DNA from: Ignavibacteria bacterium
Lineage (GTDB): Bacteria; Bacteroidota; Ignavibacteria; UBA10030
NCBI GenBank assembly: GCA_016873805.1
Contig: VGVZ01000004.1
Coordinates: 66,864 to 130,863 of the forward strand
DNA length: 64,000 bases
Reading direction: 5' to 3'
The stretch's first letter is position 1. Every line of letters begins with the position of its first letter. The position numbers and the translations under genes were made by a program. The notes under the pieces are model-generated. The model did no database searches. It saw only the letters and a list, made by a program, of their open reading frames with translations, and was not told the DNA's origin. Shown one piece after another: positions 13,083-22,461 of the stretch.

Positions 13083-13958
13083 ATGGAAACGCGCGAACTG
13101 CTGAAAAAAGTACGGCATCTGGAGATTCGGACACGGGGACTTGTCAATCAGGTCTTCTCCGGTGAATACCATTCTGTTTTCAAGGGACGGGGGATGTCTT
13201 TCTCCGAAGTGAGGGAATACCAGCCCGGTGACGAGATCCGGATGATCGATTGGAATGTGACCGCGCGCTTCAATCATCCATTCGTAAAGGTGTTTGAAGA
13301 GGAACGAGAGCTGACGGCAATGCTCCTCGTCGATATGAGTGGTTCGCAGTCCTTCGGATCCAAGGCGTCGATGAAGAAGGATATCGCAGCCGAGATCAGC
13401 GCAATCCTTGCATTCTCCGCGATGAAGAACAACGACAAAGTGGGTGCTATCCTCTTCACGAACCAAATCGAAGCTTTTATTCCACCGCGAAAAGGACGGA
13501 CCCATGCCCTTCGCATCATCCGGGAACTCCTCTCCTTTGAGCCGCGCCAGACGGGTACGAGCATCAACATCGCGCTCGAGTACCTGAACAAGGTGCTCAA
13601 GAAACGCAGCATTGTCTTCCTGATTTCCGATTTTATCGACACGGGATATGAACATGCACTCCGCATTGCCGGCAAACGGCATGATCTGATCGGCATAAGT
13701 CTTCTCGATCCCCATGAACGAACGCTTCCCCGGGTCGGGCTCCTCTCAATCCGCGATCCGGAGAGCGGCAAGCTTAGAACCATCGATACATCGGATCCAA
13801 ACATTCGGGCCGCTCATAGAATTTTTTGGGAATCGCACCATCACCAGCGTCGCTCGTTCTTCCGCAAAGCGAGATTGGATGCGATCGAAATCTCTCTCGA
13901 TCAGGCCTATATGAAACCAATGACCGATTTCTTCCGGCGGAGGGAGCAAAGGTGGTAG
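13083..13958 (+). CDS. DUF58 / VWA-like protein
   Basis: GEYHSVFKGRGMSFSEVREYQPGD, IDWNVTAR, FEEERE, DMSGS, ISDF. Confidence 0.92.
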   Translation: METRELLKKVRHLEIRTRGLVNQVFSGEYHSVFKGRGMSFSEVREYQPGDEIRMIDWNVTARFNHPFVKVFEEERELTAMLLVDMSGSQSFGSKASMKKDIAAEISAILAFSAMKNNDKVGAILFTNQIEAFIPPRKGRTHALRIIRELLSFEPRQTGTSINIALEYLNKVLKKRSIVFLISDFIDTGYEHALRIAGKRHDLIGISLLDPHERTLPRVGLLSIRDPESGKLRTIDTSDPNIRAAHRIFWESHHHQRRSFFRKARLDAIEISLDQAYMKPMTDFFRRREQRW

Positions 13959-13962
13959 GATC

Positions 13963-14910
13963 GTGCGGTCCGTAATCTTCATATGGCTACTGTTCGCCGT
14001 CTCCCAGGCAAGAGCTGAGGATATCAAGTTCTCATCTCACACGGAGCGCGATCGGTACAAAATCGGCGAGTGGGTGCAGCTTGTGGTGGCGGCGGATATC
14101 CCGCGATCCGTCACGGTGATCGCACCCGTGACCAGTGACAGCATCGGGGGGTTCGAGGTACTGAACGTGGACGCGACGGAGCTGCCGGATGGACAACGGC
14201 GACACGAGTGGAACTTCCGTCTGATTACGTTTGATACGGGTCGGGTTTTTGTTCCTCCGATCCAATTCTTCTATCAGACAGAAGATGACACGACCCGAAA
14301 GCTTGCGTACAGTACCCCCGTCGCGTTGACCGTCGTCGGCGTTGATGTCGACCTCCAGGGAGATATCAAGGACATCAAACCTCCGCTTGATGCTCCATGG
14401 CTCTTTGAAGATTATCTCCCCTATATTCTGCTTCTGCTGGTTCTGCTCATTGTGGTTGGGGCGCTCGTGTACTGGAGACGAAAGCGAAGGAGATCGATTG
14501 AACCGGATCGGTTCGTGAGACGAGTGCCGCCGCACGAAACGGCGCTTGCCGCCCTGCGGGATCTCGAGGACGCCAGATTATGGCAGCAGGGGAAGACCAA
14601 GGAGTACTATTCACGCGTCACCGAGATCATCCGCGTCTATCTTGAAGGGCAGTATGGTGTGCCCGCGCTGGAATCGACATCGGACGAAATCCTCTCCGTG
14701 ATGAAAAACCTTGATCGGGGACAAGGGGTCTTCAAAGAGCTGACGTCGTTCCTCCTGACGGCAGATCTGGTGAAGTTTGCCAAGTACGTCCCCACGTTGG
14801 AAGAAAACACACAGGAACTGGCATCCGCCTATACAATCGTCAGATCCACGATGACTCCCGTGGAACCCGAGAGACGGGTTCAAGAGAAAGAAGATGTTCA
14901 TGTTCGGTGA
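13963..14910 (+). CDS. bat-operon membrane protein (BatD-like N-terminus, one TM helix)
   Basis: Signal peptide, IKDIKPP, TM helix, ADLVKFAK; lies between DUF58 and batA. Confidence 0.8.
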   Translation: MRSVIFIWLLFAVSQARAEDIKFSSHTERDRYKIGEWVQLVVAADIPRSVTVIAPVTSDSIGGFEVLNVDATELPDGQRRHEWNFRLITFDTGRVFVPPIQFFYQTEDDTTRKLAYSTPVALTVVGVDVDLQGDIKDIKPPLDAPWLFEDYLPYILLLLVLLIVVGALVYWRRKRRRSIEPDRFVRRVPPHETALAALRDLEDARLWQQGKTKEYYSRVTEIIRVYLEGQYGVPALESTSDEILSVMKNLDRGQGVFKELTSFLLTADLVKFAKYVPTLEENTQELASAYTIVRSTMTPVEPERRVQEKEDVHVR

Positions 14911-15892
14911 TTCATTTGGAAATCCGGAATTTCTCTGGTTGCTGCTGGCGGTGCCCCCTCTCGCGGTGTACTACTGGAGACGGTCAAGGAACCGTGTCGT
15001 CAATCTGCAGTACTCATCGCTGAAGCCGTTCGAGAATTCCGGCCTCAGTTTGAGAGAGCGTCTGCAGCATGTTCCGGTCGCGTTGCGACTTCTTGCGCTG
15101 GCATGTCTGATTCTTGCGCTCGCGCGGCCGCAATCGGTATTGAGCAGCGAAAATATCGTCACCGAAGGTATTGATATTGTCCTTGTGCTGGATATTTCCG
15201 GAAGCATGCTTGCGGAGGATTTTTCACCGAATCGTCTTGCGGCGGCAAAGGACGTCGCATCTGATTTCATTCAGGGACGTTCGAACGATCGGATCGGACT
15301 TGTGATCTTCTCCGCGGAAAGCTTCACACAGTGCCCTCTCACCACTGACTACGTCGTCCTTCGGAATCTTCTGAGAGAGGTCAAGAACGGCATGATCGCG
15401 GACGGCACCGCGATCGGGCTCGCGATCGCGAACGGCGTGAATCGCCTCAAGGAGAGCAAAGCAAAGAGCAGAGTGATGATCCTCCTCACCGACGGGGTGA
15501 ACAACAGAGGAGAGATAGACCCGATCACGGCGGCGAAAGTTGCGGCAACCTACGGAATTCGTGTGTACACCGTTGGGGTCGGAGCCGAGGGGGAGGCACC
15601 GTTCCCCGTTCAGACGCCGTTCGGCATTCGGCGGCAATTGATGAAGGTGGATCTCGACGAGAAAACTCTCACGGCAGTATCGAACATGACCGGCGGCCAG
15701 TACTTCAGGGCAACGGACAATCGCAAACTCAAGGCGATCTATGCCGAAATCGACAAGCTGGAGAGAACGAAAATCGAGGTGACTGCCTATAAGAAGTTTA
15801 CCGAATTGTTCTTCGGCTGGTTGCTTGCAGGGACCCTCCTGCTGGCGGCCGAAGTCGGACTGCAGTCGACGATCTTGAGGAAAATTCCCTAG
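14894..15892 (+). CDS. batA: VWA-domain protein BatA
   Basis: LALARPQ, DISGSM MIDAS motif, GTAIG, LLTDG, IDKLE. Confidence 0.9.
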   Translation: MFMFGDSFGNPEFLWLLLAVPPLAVYYWRRSRNRVVNLQYSSLKPFENSGLSLRERLQHVPVALRLLALACLILALARPQSVLSSENIVTEGIDIVLVLDISGSMLAEDFSPNRLAAAKDVASDFIQGRSNDRIGLVIFSAESFTQCPLTTDYVVLRNLLREVKNGMIADGTAIGLAIANGVNRLKESKAKSRVMILLTDGVNNRGEIDPITAAKVAATYGIRVYTVGVGAEGEAPFPVQTPFGIRRQLMKVDLDEKTLTAVSNMTGGQYFRATDNRKLKAIYAEIDKLERTKIEVTAYKKFTELFFGWLLAGTLLLAAEVGLQSTILRKIP

Positions 15893-15900
15893 CGAATCCC

Positions 15901-17670
15901 ATGCTGGAGTTTCAACATCCTGAATATCTGTGGTATCTCCTGGCTTTGCCGGCATTGGCGGGGGTGTTCCTGGTGGTGAATCTGCGCCGAGCTCGTCTGC
16001 TGCGTCGGTTCATCGATCGCGATGTGCAGGAGCAGCTTGTGCCGCACGCGAGCAACGCCAAGCGAACCATGAGACAGGTGATGATTCTCGCCGCACTCGG
16101 TCTGCTTATCATCACCTTCGCGAATCCACAGGTCGGAACCAGACTTGAGGAGGTGAAGCGCGAGGGAATCGATCTCTTCGTGGCGCTCGATGTTTCTCTC
16201 AGCATGAGAGCCGAAGATGTGCGCCCGAATCGATTGGAAAAGGCGAAACGAGATGTTTCCGTTCTCCTCAAGAAACTCTCCGGCGACCGGGTGGGCTTGA
16301 TCGTGTTCGCCGGTGATGCCTTTGTCCAGTTTCCTCTCACCGCCGACTATTCCGCAGCCGATTTGTTTCTGTCCGCAGTCGATGTGGAATCGGTGCCGAC
16401 GCCCGGAACGATGATTGCCAGCGCACTCGACAAGGCACTTGCATCGTTCTCGACCGATCTCCCGACGCAGAAAGCGATTATCGTCGTGAGTGATGGAGAA
16501 AATACCGAGGGAGATGTCTTCGGAGCTGTAGAGAGAGCACAGAAGGCGCGGGTGAAAGTTTTCACCATCGGGATGGGAACCCTCGAGGGGGGGCCGATTC
16601 CGGTATACGACGGACGCGGAAACCGCATTGATTATAAACGTGACCGGGGAGGAACCATCGTGCTCACTCGGCTGGACGAATCCGTGCTCCAGCAAATCGC
16701 CTCTGTCAGCGGCGGTACGTACCGCCGCGCCGCAAGCGGCGGCAACGAGATCAATGAGATCTACAACGAGCTTGCAGCCCTCGAAAAGACTGAATTCGGC
16801 GTGAAACAAATCACCGGCTATGAATCACAGTATCAGTATCCCCTTGGCTTGGCGATTCTCCTGCTCCTCTTTGAATTTCTTCTGACAGAACGCCGGGGAG
16901 GATTGCTTACACGTTTGCGTCAATTGATCGCATCGGCTATCGTTCTGATAGGCCTCGCTGTTCTTCTTCCTCACCCTGCATTCTCGCAAACCGTCCGCTC
17001 ACAGATTGCCGCGGGGAACAGATTCTACGCGGAGGAGAAATACGGAGACGCCGAGGCATCATATAAGAAAGCCCAGGAAAAAGATCCTGCTTCGCGCGAA
17101 GCTCAGTTCAATCTGGGAGATACGTTCTATAAACAGGAACGGTACGAAGAAGCGCTCCGAGCGTTCTCTCAGGCGGGGCCAACAGCCAAAGACCCGACAG
17201 ATCAATCAGCCGCTCTCCACAACATCGGAAACACGCTCCTCAAGGCCGGCAAGATCCCCGAAAGCATTGAAGCGTACAAGCAGGCGCTCAAGCTCAATCC
17301 GAGTGATGACGACACGCGATACAATTATCAATATGCACGTGAACTCTTGAAGCAACAGCAGAAGAACCACCAGAAACAGGATCAGAACAAGGATCAGAAG
17401 CAAGATCAACAGGAAAACGAAAAGCAGCAGGACCGCCAGGAGAATCAACAGCCGAAGGACGAACAACAGCAAGAGCGGCAGCAACAGTCGCGTCAAGAAG
17501 AGGAGCGAAAGGCGCGAGAGGAACAGGCGAAGGCCGCGCAGAAGAAAAATCAATTGCCGAAAGAACAGGCGGAGCAAATTCTCGAGGCCCTTCGAAACAA
17601 TGAAAAGGAGATCCAGAAACAACTTCGCAAACGCGAGGCTGCCAGAGTGAAAGTCGAGAAAGACTGGTGA
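15901..17670 (+). CDS. BatB (VWA) fused to BatC (TPR plus Gln-rich linker)
   Basis: DVSLSM, PNRLEKAK, SDGE, two hydrophobic segments, TPRs, Q/E/K-rich tract, terminal EKDW. Confidence 0.85.
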   Translation: MLEFQHPEYLWYLLALPALAGVFLVVNLRRARLLRRFIDRDVQEQLVPHASNAKRTMRQVMILAALGLLIITFANPQVGTRLEEVKREGIDLFVALDVSLSMRAEDVRPNRLEKAKRDVSVLLKKLSGDRVGLIVFAGDAFVQFPLTADYSAADLFLSAVDVESVPTPGTMIASALDKALASFSTDLPTQKAIIVVSDGENTEGDVFGAVERAQKARVKVFTIGMGTLEGGPIPVYDGRGNRIDYKRDRGGTIVLTRLDESVLQQIASVSGGTYRRAASGGNEINEIYNELAALEKTEFGVKQITGYESQYQYPLGLAILLLLFEFLLTERRGGLLTRLRQLIASAIVLIGLAVLLPHPAFSQTVRSQIAAGNRFYAEEKYGDAEASYKKAQEKDPASREAQFNLGDTFYKQERYEEALRAFSQAGPTAKDPTDQSAALHNIGNTLLKAGKIPESIEAYKQALKLNPSDDDTRYNYQYARELLKQQQKNHQKQDQNKDQKQDQQENEKQQDRQENQQPKDEQQQERQQQSRQEEERKAREEQAKAAQKKNQLPKEQAEQILEALRNNEKEIQKQLRKREAARVKVEKDW

Positions 17671-19487
17671 TGGAGAGAATCTCGGTCATAGCGCTGAGCG
17701 TCGGATTCTTCTTCGCATGGGCCGTTGCACAGGATGCAACGTTCACGGTCTCCCTCGATCCCGCCAAGCCAGCCGCAGGAGAGCAATTCGTGGTCTCCTT
17801 CACCGTCTCAGGGTCTGAGATGCCCGATACGAGGAGCTTCAAAGGACCCGATGTTGCGCGATTCGTCGTGATGAGCGGACCGAATGTGTCGCAAAACATG
17901 CAGTTCATCAATGGACGTATGTCTGCCTCCATCACGTACACCTATTACCTGTATGCCCGCGAGCCGGGAAGATATTCGATCGGGTCCGCGTCGATCGATG
18001 TGAAGGGGAAGACGTACAAGACCGATCCGTTGCAGGTTGAGATCGGTTCGGGGAAGTCCCGATCACAGCAGCAGGAGGAACAACCATCATCCTCGGTTGA
18101 ACTCGGCGACAATCTCTTCCTCCGCGCAATTCCAAGCAAGCTCCGCGTCAAACAAGGAGAGCAGCTCACCGTCACGTACAAGCTCTACACGCGCGTAAAC
18201 ATCTCGGACTACGGACTTTCAAAGGTACCGACGTACGAAGGATTCTGGGCAGAAGACTTTGAAATGCCGCGCAATCCGGACGTGACATCTGAGAGTTACG
18301 AAGGAAATCAATACCGCGTCGTCACGCTCAAGCGGACTGCATTGTTTGCGTCGCAAAGCGGATCGCTGAAGCTCGCTCCGTTACAGGTGAGATGCGCCGT
18401 TCAGATTCAGTCACGCCGTCGTTCGAATGATCCCTTCGACATCTTCAACGACCCCTTCTTTGGACGTTTTCAGACGGCGGAGCATGAAGTTGCTTCCAAT
18501 CCCCTCACCATCGCGGTCGATCGATTGCCTGACGGAGCGCCGGAGGGTTTTGCAGGAGCGGTGGGAAAGTATTCGATGACGGTGTCTCTCGACAAGCGAG
18601 AAACACGCGCAGGCGAACCTCTGACGCTGAAAATCACCGTTGCCGGTGCGGGAAACGTGAAGCTCCTTGTCATGCCCAAACCGGTCTTCCCGACCGACTT
18701 TGAAGTCTACGAACCGAAAATCTCTGATGAAATTACCCGGGACGGGGGCGTGATCCGGGGACGCAAAACGGCAGAATACCTTCTCATCCCGCGCAACGCG
18801 GCTCAACGATCGATCGAACCGTTCGCGTTTGCGTACTACGATCTGGAGCGGAACAGCTACGTGGTCCACCGGTCGCCCCGCTTTGAGATTGCGGTGACCC
18901 CCGGAAAGGAGCTGGCGTCCGGAGGCGCGGCCTTCGCCGCGAAAGAAGATGTGCGACTGCTCGGTGAGGATATCCGATACCTCAAGCTTGAACCAGGGGT
19001 GCTCGTGAGACACGATCGATCGTTGTTCCAGGACTTCTGGTTTGTTGCCGGCCTTCTTCTGCCACCGTTTCTCCTCGTGGGGGCCTTGATCTATCGCCGG
19101 CGAAGCGAATCGATCAGCGGGAACGTGACATATTGGCGATCGCAGAAAGCCGGAAAAGAAGCATCGAAACGGCTAAAGAATGCCCGCAAACTTCTTTCGG
19201 GGAAGAACAGCGTCGAGTATCACGCGGAAATCTCCCGGGCATTGCTCGGCTACCTGCAGGACAAACTCGGCATGTCAACGTCCGCTCTCTCGATCGAGTT
19301 CGCGGTCGCTCAACTGAAAGAGCGCGGTGTTGAACCATCCTTGATTCAACCATTGGAGGAATGTATTCAACGGGCAGAGTTCGCGCGATTTGCGCCGGGA
19401 GGAGATACGCAGGAAGCGCGCCGGGATTTGCTCGATGCAGCGACAACGGCCATCGGTAATCTCGAGGAGGCTCTGAACAAGCGATGA
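17670..19487 (+). CDS. batD: BatD-family protein
   Basis: Signal peptide, DPFF, FAGAVG, G-GN motif, C-terminal TM and ARFAP. Confidence 0.88.
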   Translation: MERISVIALSVGFFFAWAVAQDATFTVSLDPAKPAAGEQFVVSFTVSGSEMPDTRSFKGPDVARFVVMSGPNVSQNMQFINGRMSASITYTYYLYAREPGRYSIGSASIDVKGKTYKTDPLQVEIGSGKSRSQQQEEQPSSSVELGDNLFLRAIPSKLRVKQGEQLTVTYKLYTRVNISDYGLSKVPTYEGFWAEDFEMPRNPDVTSESYEGNQYRVVTLKRTALFASQSGSLKLAPLQVRCAVQIQSRRRSNDPFDIFNDPFFGRFQTAEHEVASNPLTIAVDRLPDGAPEGFAGAVGKYSMTVSLDKRETRAGEPLTLKITVAGAGNVKLLVMPKPVFPTDFEVYEPKISDEITRDGGVIRGRKTAEYLLIPRNAAQRSIEPFAFAYYDLERNSYVVHRSPRFEIAVTPGKELASGGAAFAAKEDVRLLGEDIRYLKLEPGVLVRHDRSLFQDFWFVAGLLLPPFLLVGALIYRRRSESISGNVTYWRSQKAGKEASKRLKNARKLLSGKNSVEYHAEISRALLGYLQDKLGMSTSALSIEFAVAQLKERGVEPSLIQPLEECIQRAEFARFAPGGDTQEARRDLLDAATTAIGNLEEALNKR

Positions 19488-20254
19488 TGTCCCGAGTTCG
19501 ATTCCTTATGAACCTGACGATCGTTGGCATGCTGGCGATGTCCTCCTCCTCTGCCCAGACTCTCCAGGACGTGTTCGATCGCGGGATCGCTCTGTACAGA
19601 GATGGGAAGTACGAAGGCGCAGCTCGCGAGTTTGAGTCGATGCTGAAGCAGGGATACAAGAGTGCCGGGATCTACTTCAACGTTGGCAATGCCTACTATC
19701 GGACAGGGAATATTGGAAAGGCGATTCTGGCGTATGAACGTGCCCGCCGGCTTGAACCTCACGACCCGGAGATCGAACACAACCTGAAGCTCGCCAATTT
19801 GCGTACGGTCGATCGGATCGATGCCGTTCCGGAGTTCTTTCTCGTCGGCTGGATCCGTTCGCTCGCATCTGTTCTTGCTCCGTCTGCGACGGCATACATA
19901 TTCTTGCTTTCCTGGACCATTGCGTTCATCTCGCTCGCAATCCTGGTGCTCCGGTGGTTCAGCCGTGCAACGCGAATGTTCCGCGTGATCTTCTTGATCT
20001 CGATCGGCGGGATCGTCCTCGGCGGATCGCTTCTTGCACTTCAAACGATAGAATCCAGCTCACAGGACGATGCGATCGTTGTTGCGGCGGTGGTCACGGC
20101 GAAGAATTCCCCGGACGAACAGGCAGTGAATGCGTTTGTGATCCATGAGGGATTGAAGGTCCGGCTGAGTGACTCCGTGGGGGACTGGATCAAAATCACG
20201 CTCGCGGATGGAAAAGTGGGATGGGTGCCCTCCACCACTGTTGAACAAATCTAA
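19484..20254 (+). CDS. batE: BatE (TPR plus SH3b)
   Basis: YFNVGNAYYR, AILAYERA, IHEGLKV, GKVGWV. Confidence 0.9.
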   Translation: MMSRVRFLMNLTIVGMLAMSSSSAQTLQDVFDRGIALYRDGKYEGAAREFESMLKQGYKSAGIYFNVGNAYYRTGNIGKAILAYERARRLEPHDPEIEHNLKLANLRTVDRIDAVPEFFLVGWIRSLASVLAPSATAYIFLLSWTIAFISLAILVLRWFSRATRMFRVIFLISIGGIVLGGSLLALQTIESSSQDDAIVVAAVVTAKNSPDEQAVNAFVIHEGLKVRLSDSVGDWIKITLADGKVGWVPSTTVEQI

Positions 20255-20288
20255 TCAAATGCTGAACGATTCCAGAGGAATGGATCAT

Positions 20289-20768
20289 ATGAAACGCGTA
20301 TCGTTCTTCACGATGGTCGCTTCGCTCATGATGATGCTGGCTCTCATCATCTCCGTCTCGGCTCAAACAGAGGAAGAAACGACCATCAAGATCAAGACAG
20401 TGAAGGTGGAACAAGGAGATACCACGATAGCGGAACAGACCCTCACACCGAAAGAGTTTGACGAGATGAAGAAAAAAGGGGAGTTCAAGGATATTGAGAT
20501 CCAGATGAAGAAGGGACGGGAAGAAGGGGGCAGGCAAAAGATCACGAAAGAAATCCGCGTGACGACGAGCGGAAGAAGCGACAAAGATCGCGAGCTGGAG
20601 ATCGAGGTTCGGGAAGTGGAAGACGGGAAAGAAGTGGTAAAGATTCTGAAAGGGAAGGAGGCGGAGAAATATCATAAGCACATGAAACACTCCGAACATG
20701 AGCATAAAGCGGTTGAAAAGAAGACCTCAAAGAAAAAGGAATCGTCGAGAAGAAGTACGAAAGACTAG
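20289..20768 (+). CDS. Secreted, highly charged hypothetical protein
   Basis: GAGGA RBS, signal peptide ending VSAQ, K/E-rich body, His-rich tail. Confidence 0.7.
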   Translation: MKRVSFFTMVASLMMMLALIISVSAQTEEETTIKIKTVKVEQGDTTIAEQTLTPKEFDEMKKKGEFKDIEIQMKKGREEGGRQKITKEIRVTTSGRSDKDRELEIEVREVEDGKEVVKILKGKEAEKYHKHMKHSEHEHKAVEKKTSKKKESSRRSTKD

Positions 20769-20818
20769 TCCGCGGTCTGGTGTACGGCAGCAACGAAGGA
20801 TCGCGAAAGGAGATCAAC

Positions 20819-21778
20819 ATGAACAAGAGTTCAGCGGTGGTTCTGATTCTCTTCGTCGTCGTGACAGCCACATCACTGGCACGTGTACGTGTCGATGGTC
20901 CCCTCTGCATGGCTGGTGGAAAGGTTCTTCCTCAGGATCGCACAACCGCCGATTCGTTAGTCCGGCTCATCGAGAAACAGCGACGAGAGGAAGAGCTCTG
21001 GCTGAAGCAGGGAGCCACCTCGTACCTGGCGACGATTCTCCGAAAAGACTTCGGATCTCTCTCCGCGCTTACCGTCGGACGGGATGAATCGAATGATCTC
21101 CGGATTGACGATCCTGCGATCGCCTCTCAACATCTTCGCGTGACGGTGGTTGGGGATTCCTTTCATGTCCAGAGTCTCGATCCTTCTCATCCGTTTCTCT
21201 ATCGGAACGAGACGATGCGTGAGGCAATTCTCCCTCCGTTATCGGTCAAGATTGGAAGATACTTGCTTCGCCTCTCCCATCAGCGCTTTCCCGGTCTGAT
21301 CGTCTTCGATCCCGAGAGCCCGCGATTCAAGGAATACAAAGGGCTCTCGTACTTTCCGATCGATCTCTCCTATCGATTCGTCCTGCCGCTGATTCCCAAT
21401 CCAACATCTGACACAGTGATCATTCTCTCGACGAGAGGGAATCAGCGTCGTGCCTTGCGCGCCGGTTGGTTCGAGTTCACCGTCGATAGAAAGAAAGCTC
21501 GATTGGAAGTATCGCGACTGCTGGAGCCCGGCGTCGGAGATCAGGGTTACAGCATCTTCTTCCGGGATGCGACGAGCGGCGAAGAAACGTACGAGCTTGG
21601 ACGATATCTGGATGTCGAGGCGTTGCCGGATGGACGATTCGTCGTTGATTTCAACCGCGCCTACAATCCGGCGTGCGCATTCTCTGAGCACTACAATTGC
21701 CCGATTCCACCTGCGGCAAACAATCTGAGTATTCCGATTCGCGCAGGGGAAAAAGACTCAAAGTACCTCAAGCATTAG
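20819..21778 (+). CDS. DUF1684-family protein (long form)
   Basis: FRDATSGEETY..GRYL, DFNRAYNPACAFS..YNCPIPP..N.L...IRAGEK. Confidence 0.9.
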   Translation: MNKSSAVVLILFVVVTATSLARVRVDGPLCMAGGKVLPQDRTTADSLVRLIEKQRREEELWLKQGATSYLATILRKDFGSLSALTVGRDESNDLRIDDPAIASQHLRVTVVGDSFHVQSLDPSHPFLYRNETMREAILPPLSVKIGRYLLRLSHQRFPGLIVFDPESPRFKEYKGLSYFPIDLSYRFVLPLIPNPTSDTVIILSTRGNQRRALRAGWFEFTVDRKKARLEVSRLLEPGVGDQGYSIFFRDATSGEETYELGRYLDVEALPDGRFVVDFNRAYNPACAFSEHYNCPIPPAANNLSIPIRAGEKDSKYLKH

Positions 21779-21939
21779 CGGGAAACCTTTCGAATGGTAA
21801 TGAGAGTCCGCCCATAAGCATTCGGAAGGATCACCTCCGACCTGCCAACCTCCGGAACAAGAAAAAGACACTTTGGCGAGTTCGATTGCCCCGGTCTCAG
21901 GAAGTAGTTCTATCACTTGACTTCTCCTGAGTATTCACA

Positions 21940-22080
21940 GCGAACGCTCTGCGGCAACTCGTATCGTGCTGGAGTTCTTATGCGCTCGAGAAGGGACGCG
22001 TCGATTATTCCAACAACCCTCTCACCGCCGGTCCGCGGCTGTCATCTCCATACTTCCACCCGCAACGTGAAGGAACAAGA
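21940..22080 (+). pseudogene. Possible eroded RelE/Gp49-type toxin remnant
   Basis: Frameshifted SAATRI/AGVLMR at 21948-21986, upstream of the antitoxin; weak similarity recalled from the family consensus. Confidence 0.3.
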
Positions 22081-22082
22081 AT

Positions 22083-22391
22083 ATGAAATCTGCAAAACGC
22101 CGCCGGCTTGAGGCCAAGGGTTGGAAATTTGGAACTGTGCAGGAGTTTCTGAATCTCTCAGAGGAGGAAGCTGCGTATATTGAACTGAAATTGGCATTAA
22201 GCAAGAACCTCCGAGAGGTGCGACGAAAGAAGAATCTAACACAGCACGAACTTGCTCGACGCCTAAAGTCAAGTCAATCGCGCGTCGCAAAGATGGAAGC
22301 TGGTGATCCATCAGTATCGCTTGATCTACTTATTCGGTCGTTGCTGGCATTGGGCGCATCGAGAAAGCATCTCGCGCAGATACTTTCCTGA
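22083..22391 (+). CDS. XRE-family HTH protein (HigA-like antitoxin)
   Basis: LTQHELARRLKSSQSRVAKMEAGDPSVSLDLL; N-terminal GWKFGTVQEFL. Confidence 0.88.
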   Translation: MKSAKRRRLEAKGWKFGTVQEFLNLSEEEAAYIELKLALSKNLREVRRKKNLTQHELARRLKSSQSRVAKMEAGDPSVSLDLLIRSLLALGASRKHLAQILS

Positions 22392-22461
22392 AGTATCCAA
22401 CCCTTCCTTATACGAACCTCCGCAGGTGCAAATGACATCTAACTACCGGAAATACGAACGC

